A stretch of 64,000 bases of DNA from Vitrella brassicaformis CCMP3155 (Eukaryota; Protista; Chromerida): contig CDMY01000581.1 in assembly GCA_001179505.1 (NCBI GenBank), positions 186,001 through 250,000 on the forward strand, given 5' to 3'. Of this stretch, positions 59,526 through 64,000 are shown piece by piece. Under the pieces are notes generated by a model that saw nothing but the letters and a program-made list of their open reading frames with translations, was not told the origin of the DNA and did no database searches. Position 1 is the first letter of the stretch, and each line of letters starts with the position of its first letter. Both the position numbers and the translations under genes were made by a program.

Positions 59526-61944
59526 TTATTCCGTCTGCTGCCTCCATTCCATAAGTTCAGCCGACCTGCCGTCGTAGAAATACGGGGGTGCCCGGACCAT
59601 GACGCTGCTATCAGAGCCCTCTATGACGACCCGACACGCGTGCAGCTCCTCCACATAGCGATGCATATCCTGCGGGCACAAACGATGGAAGGAAGGATGG
59701 ATGTCTTAAGCGCATTCCGACGCTGTGCCTGACCTCGGCGGTTTTGAGGGCTTTGGTCTTCATTCTGGGTGTTGGGTACATGAGGGCCAGCCCCAGGTTG
59801 CCCCGTGTGTCGATGAGCTCGCCTATCGCCTCGTCCCCTCCGCACCGTCCCTCGTCGCCCCCGCACCGCATCATCACACGCCGCTTCTCGGCGTGGTTGG
59901 CGTGCAGACTCTCGTCGTCATCCGCACACTCCTCGCACATATGGTCCGCTACCTACACACACACACACACACACACGGACGTAGACATGGGTAGAGGGGC
60001 AAGGCAGACGGGCCGTGTGTGTGTGTGTGTGTGTGTTTGCGTACCGTTCTCCTGAGTAATTCGAGCGCGAGTGTCTTGTCGGTGAGGTTTGCTACCTCGG
60101 CTGGCAGCGGGGCGTTGTGCGGCCACTTGTCCAGATAAGAACCTAACACATTCAATGGAGACTAGTGCATTCTCAGGGCGGCGCTCGATTGTTGCTGCCT
60201 ACGGTGTCTTTTGTGTGGCCTGATGAGGATGAAGAGGCGCTTCCGAATGACGCCAGTGCGATAAGTGCGAGTCGTCAGCTCCTGACCCATGTAACACCTG
60301 CAGACACATAAGTGAACGGTGGCATGCTGTCTGTACCTCTCCTTCCTGCCCAGTTGTTCCATTCTGACTGACCCCTTTGTGTACGATATGCCGCCGATGC
60401 CGTCGAGGTTTGCATTGAGTGGGAGTGTCTGGTTGGTGGGCAGCTCCTCCGGGCCCTCAGGCACACCCATCAGCAGACGCCTCATCGAGAACCGATCATC
60501 GCCACCCGCAGACCGGCCTTCCCTCTCCAGCTGCACAACATACACGCACACAAAGAGGCGAAGTGGTGAGCAAACCGTTGGGTCGTGGCAATCGATGCCC
60601 GCTGACCGCCTGCATGGCCCTCTTCGTCGCGTAGTGGTCCTTCCTGCCCAGCAGTCTGAATCCAAGCCTCCAGTACCGCGGGTCGACGCCATAATACATG
60701 CTACCGTAGTCGGCACCCTCCTGCCCCTTCTCGCCACCCAGATCCTTGGCGAGGTCCATAAGTAGCGCCTCCAGATGCTGCTGCAGCGGCTTCACGGCGC
60801 GCATGTTGGCGTCCTCACTCTCCTCGCTGGAGCTGGAGTTGTGGTGATCCGCCCAGCTGCCCTGAGTCGCCAGCCATTTCTGTGCGTAGGGATATGGCGG
60901 GAAAGCACTGGTGGCCAATGGTGTGTCAGGCGATGGCAGAGGAGGGGTAAAGAGGGGAGGGGTGGGGGATGAGTCGATGGGTGGGACGAGAGGAGGGGAC
61001 AGCTGGAATACCACGAAGTCGCTCGATGCCTCTTCCAGCGAGATCTCGGCTCGCAAGCGATGCCGCTTCAAACACACAACAGACACGAGAGTACTGTGCT
61101 CAGGCCTGGCCTCAACACAAGGTCGCCTGTATGCATCCCACCCATGCCCCAACCCACCTTGAGGAGGCCGAATAGCGAGTTGGCCACGCCTTTGTGGCAG
61201 TCGAGGAGGAATGACGGCTCGCCATCACTGCACGGCTTCTGAATGTTGAAGATCAACGAGTCGCAGAGCACCCTCCCCTTGGCCGATAGGAAGACGGCAG
61301 GCATGGCGACCGCCGGGCAGAGGGGCTGGATGGTGGGCGGCCAGCCGTGGAAGACCGGGTGGCCCTTGGTGAGGCCAAAGTGCCACTGGCACGGCGGCAC
61401 AATGGAATGGATGTCCTGCGCCACAAGGCCCTGCACAAACCTGCCAGCGCAGCCAGACGGAAAGTCACACGAGATGGATGCGCAACTCAAACTGTCTTGT
61501 CTTTGTCTGCTCACTTTGGTGCATCTTTGCCTCCTATTGCGAAGACCGCACGGCTGGTCAGTCGGTCGAGGTGCTGGACCGCCCGAGTCATCCCGGGATT
61601 CATCTATGACGCCAGTTCATCAATTGAATCTCCAAAGATGTACGCCGAATCGTCGATCCTGGCACCTCACACACCAGCAATTGGGAGGGGAGGATGTTGG
61701 CGGAGAATCTGCGAGCTGGCTCACAAAGCTCGCGCTGGTGAAGGAAGACTGAACGCGGCGTATCTTGTGTTTTTGCTGCCTCCAGTCGCTGTTGACGACA
61801 AAGTAACCTTTTTTCTCCAGCCATCGCCTTGTTCCGAGGCAGACACGCGGGAGTGTCCGGTCCTCTGGCCAGCGGTCTTGCGTGATGGGCAAAAGGAAGG
61901 CGGACAAAAAGTCCGCCGTGGCTGCGACTGAGGAGGGCCATCAT
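59526..61944 (-). CDS. IBA57: IBA57/CAF17 (YgfZ family) mitochondrial Fe-S cluster assembly factor
   Basis: FVQGLVAQD, AVFLSAKGRVLCD, RHRLRAEI, DPRYWRLGFR, LMGVPEGPEEL...LPLNANLD, and the hallmark [27 protein letters not shown]/L/A/S-rich presequence from ATG 61944; an alternative ATG lies at 61824. Confidence 0.92.
59955..60036. repeat. Perfect 24-bp inverted repeat, (AC)11GG ... CC(GT)11, inside a 92-nt IBA57 intron
   Basis: 59955..59978 is the exact reverse complement of 60013..60036. The intron spans 59953..60044. Confidence 0.9.
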
Positions 61945-63552
61945 CCCGAAGCGATGGAGGTGAGGGAGGGAGGGGAGGCAGGCAGACAGACAAGAAGACA
62001 AACACAGATGGCGGGCCGTGTGTATGGCGTGTGCTGGGTTCAGACGCCTGAGCAGAAGCAGGCCAAGCTGCGTGAGAAGTTGATCCAGGAGAACGCCCGC
62101 CTTCGCGAAGAGAACGAGCGGCTCAAGGACGGCATCGCACGACTACGAGAGGCACAGGCCATCGAGGAAGAGGCACGCAGACAAAAGTAAGACACCACAC
62201 ACCAACAACCCGAGGCAGACAAAACAAAGCACATGCCGTATTCTCTTCCTCCTCTTGTGTGTGGTAGGGGCTACCACGCCCGTCGTGCCCGTCTTCAGGA
62301 GGAGCGCAAGCGCCGCATCGAGCAGCGCGAGAAGGAGCAGAAGGAGCGCGAGCAGCAGGAGGCCGAGCGCCTCAGAAAGGAGATACAGGAGCGGGAGGCG
62401 CTGGTCAAGGCCCTCACGGCACGCAAGGCAGGCAGCCCCTCGCCCCCCCAGCCCCAGAAGAAGGTCTCATCGGCCTCTTTGCCGCACCTGGTGCAGGAGG
62501 ACGGCCGCGTGGGTGGCAGCGGCAGTGACGGTGGTGTGTCGACCGAGTGTGTGAGCGACGATGAGAAGAGCAAGAGCAGCGGCCACGAGGTGGAGCCGTC
62601 CGAGCCGTCCGTCGACGACCTCCTCAAGTTCATCGAATCGGGCGAGAGGTGAGTGAGCCGTGGACAGTGGGGATGGGTGGGTGGGGATCAAGGAGGGATG
62701 GGGGAGGATGGGCTGGCTGATGTGCGTGTCTATGTATGTGTGTGTGTCAGCTCTTCAAAGAAGAGCGGCAAGAAAAAGGCCCGCAACAAGAAGGGCGCCA
62801 CGGCCACAGACGCAGCCGACGTCCGCGAGACGCCCAGCACCAGCACCACTAGCTCCCCCTCGTCCACACGCATCCCACCTGACACAGCGACGGCCACAGT
62901 CGCAGCCAACGACACCGACAAGACATCCAACAGCAGCAGCCACACGCACTCGCACTCGCCGCTCACAGCCATCGAGAGAACCATCGAGGACGCCATGACG
63001 ATCCCTAAAACGGTCGCAGCGGCCGAGCGCCAGCGCAATGCGCTTCGCTCGAGCTTCCAGAGCCTGCTGCTGACCATCGACCGCCTCTCCAAGGCGGAAG
63101 CCGCTACCGAACGAGGAGCGATCAAGCGCATGGCGATGGGGGCAAAGCACCAGAAGAACAAGGAGGACCGTGACAATGAACCGGGGGCTGACGGTGAGGA
63201 CGAGTGGGAGGAGATTGACGAGAGCGAGGTGGCTGATGGGGGTGAGGGGGGCGGTGTGGTTGAAGGGGGCGGGGGAGAAGAGGACGGTGAGGGTGAGGAT
63301 GAGATTGATGCGGAGGATGACGGCGGTGAGAGTGACGAGGAGAGCGACGAGGAGCTGGCGGCGTTCCGGCAGCGTCTCGATTTGCACTACCAAGAGCACC
63401 AGAGACCCGCTACTGCATCGGTACGCACAACACAATCCAACACAGAAGGCTGCAGATACGTTGGGCATGCACCTGAATCCTGTGTGTTTGGTGTCCGTGT
63501 CCTGCCCCAGCGCACCTCTTCGGCCACGTCGCTCGCCCACAGCTCCACCTGA
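61885..63552 (+). CDS. Hypothetical coiled-coil protein with SVDDLLKFIE and basic KKK motifs and an acidic C-terminal tract
   Basis: GT-AG-linked exons with E/R/K/Q-rich coiled coils, EPSVDDLLKFIESGE|SSKKSGKKKARNKK, a poly-E/D tract and DEELAAFRQRL. Confidence 0.65.
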
Positions 63553-64000
63553 AGGGCCGACGGAGACCGAGACTGAGAAGTGTTTCAACACATGCATCTA
63601 TACTCTCACTCACCCACTGGTGCTCCTTGCATGCGATGCATGTGCTGCGTGTTGTATCGGCGACACGCATGGCAGAGCATGACATGGCAACCCAAGGAAG
63701 GGGCAAGCCAATTCACTAACTACTGACCTAACTGACCAAATGGATGATCAGGGGGGAGGGGAGGGAGGGGGTAGTGAGCATACGTATGCCGATGTGTGCG
63801 TGCATGTGTGCTTGTATCAAGGCATAAGCGCTCTCTTTGAAGGATTGTATGGATTCGGACTGACTTAAGGGCCTTGGTGGTGCGGGCGAGTGGGTGGGTG
63901 GGTGGGTGGATAGATCGTGACAACCCCTCCCACCCCTCCCCTCACAGCCGCCAAAAGGGAGAGAGGGCTTAAGGTCTGGCGTCTCCCAATGCCTTCCTTT

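Noticed and set aside
1-64000. Numerous long overlapping ORFs rich in C/V or H/T in the supplied track, and any CRISPR, rRNA or tRNA call
   Set aside because: These ORFs arise from GC-rich antisense frames and translated (GT)n/(CA)n intron repeats. No spaced direct-repeat array, rRNA segment or tRNA cloverleaf was recognised.

Overview
Eukaryotic, GC-rich, very intron-dense scaffold with four 300-N gaps. Gene content and intron style suggest an alveolate of the chromerid type such as Vitrella brassicaformis (inference, not checked by search). About 20 mostly multi-exon genes are supported, left to right: a Q/G/H-rich coiled-coil protein (runs off the left edge), a ZNF598/Hel2 RING ligase, an SRPBCC cyclase/dehydrase-like protein, a ZNF830-like protein, a molybdo-flavoenzyme with aldehyde-oxidase-type active-site residues, a lineage-specific gene family with three related 5' fragments, a secreted M16 insulinase, TFIIH p52/Tfb2, a Topors-like RING ligase, a multi-PHD SNF2 remodeler, ASA1/GNB1L, two hypotheticals, DUF3605, GILT, a decayed tandem pair of an unrecognised family with a TLDc fragment between them, IBA57/CAF17 and a coiled-coil protein. 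The main non-gene signals are: (1) introns with a 5' (AC)n arm and a complementary 3' (GT)n arm abutting the acceptor; (2) a telomere-repeat-like near-palindrome shared by unrelated promoters; (3) a ~0.7 kb diverged direct repeat around the oxidase that creates a chimeric ORF; (4) a paralogous unknown domain with a conserved intron position. Gene models were built by eye, so exon boundaries are approximate and CDS coordinates are gene spans including introns.
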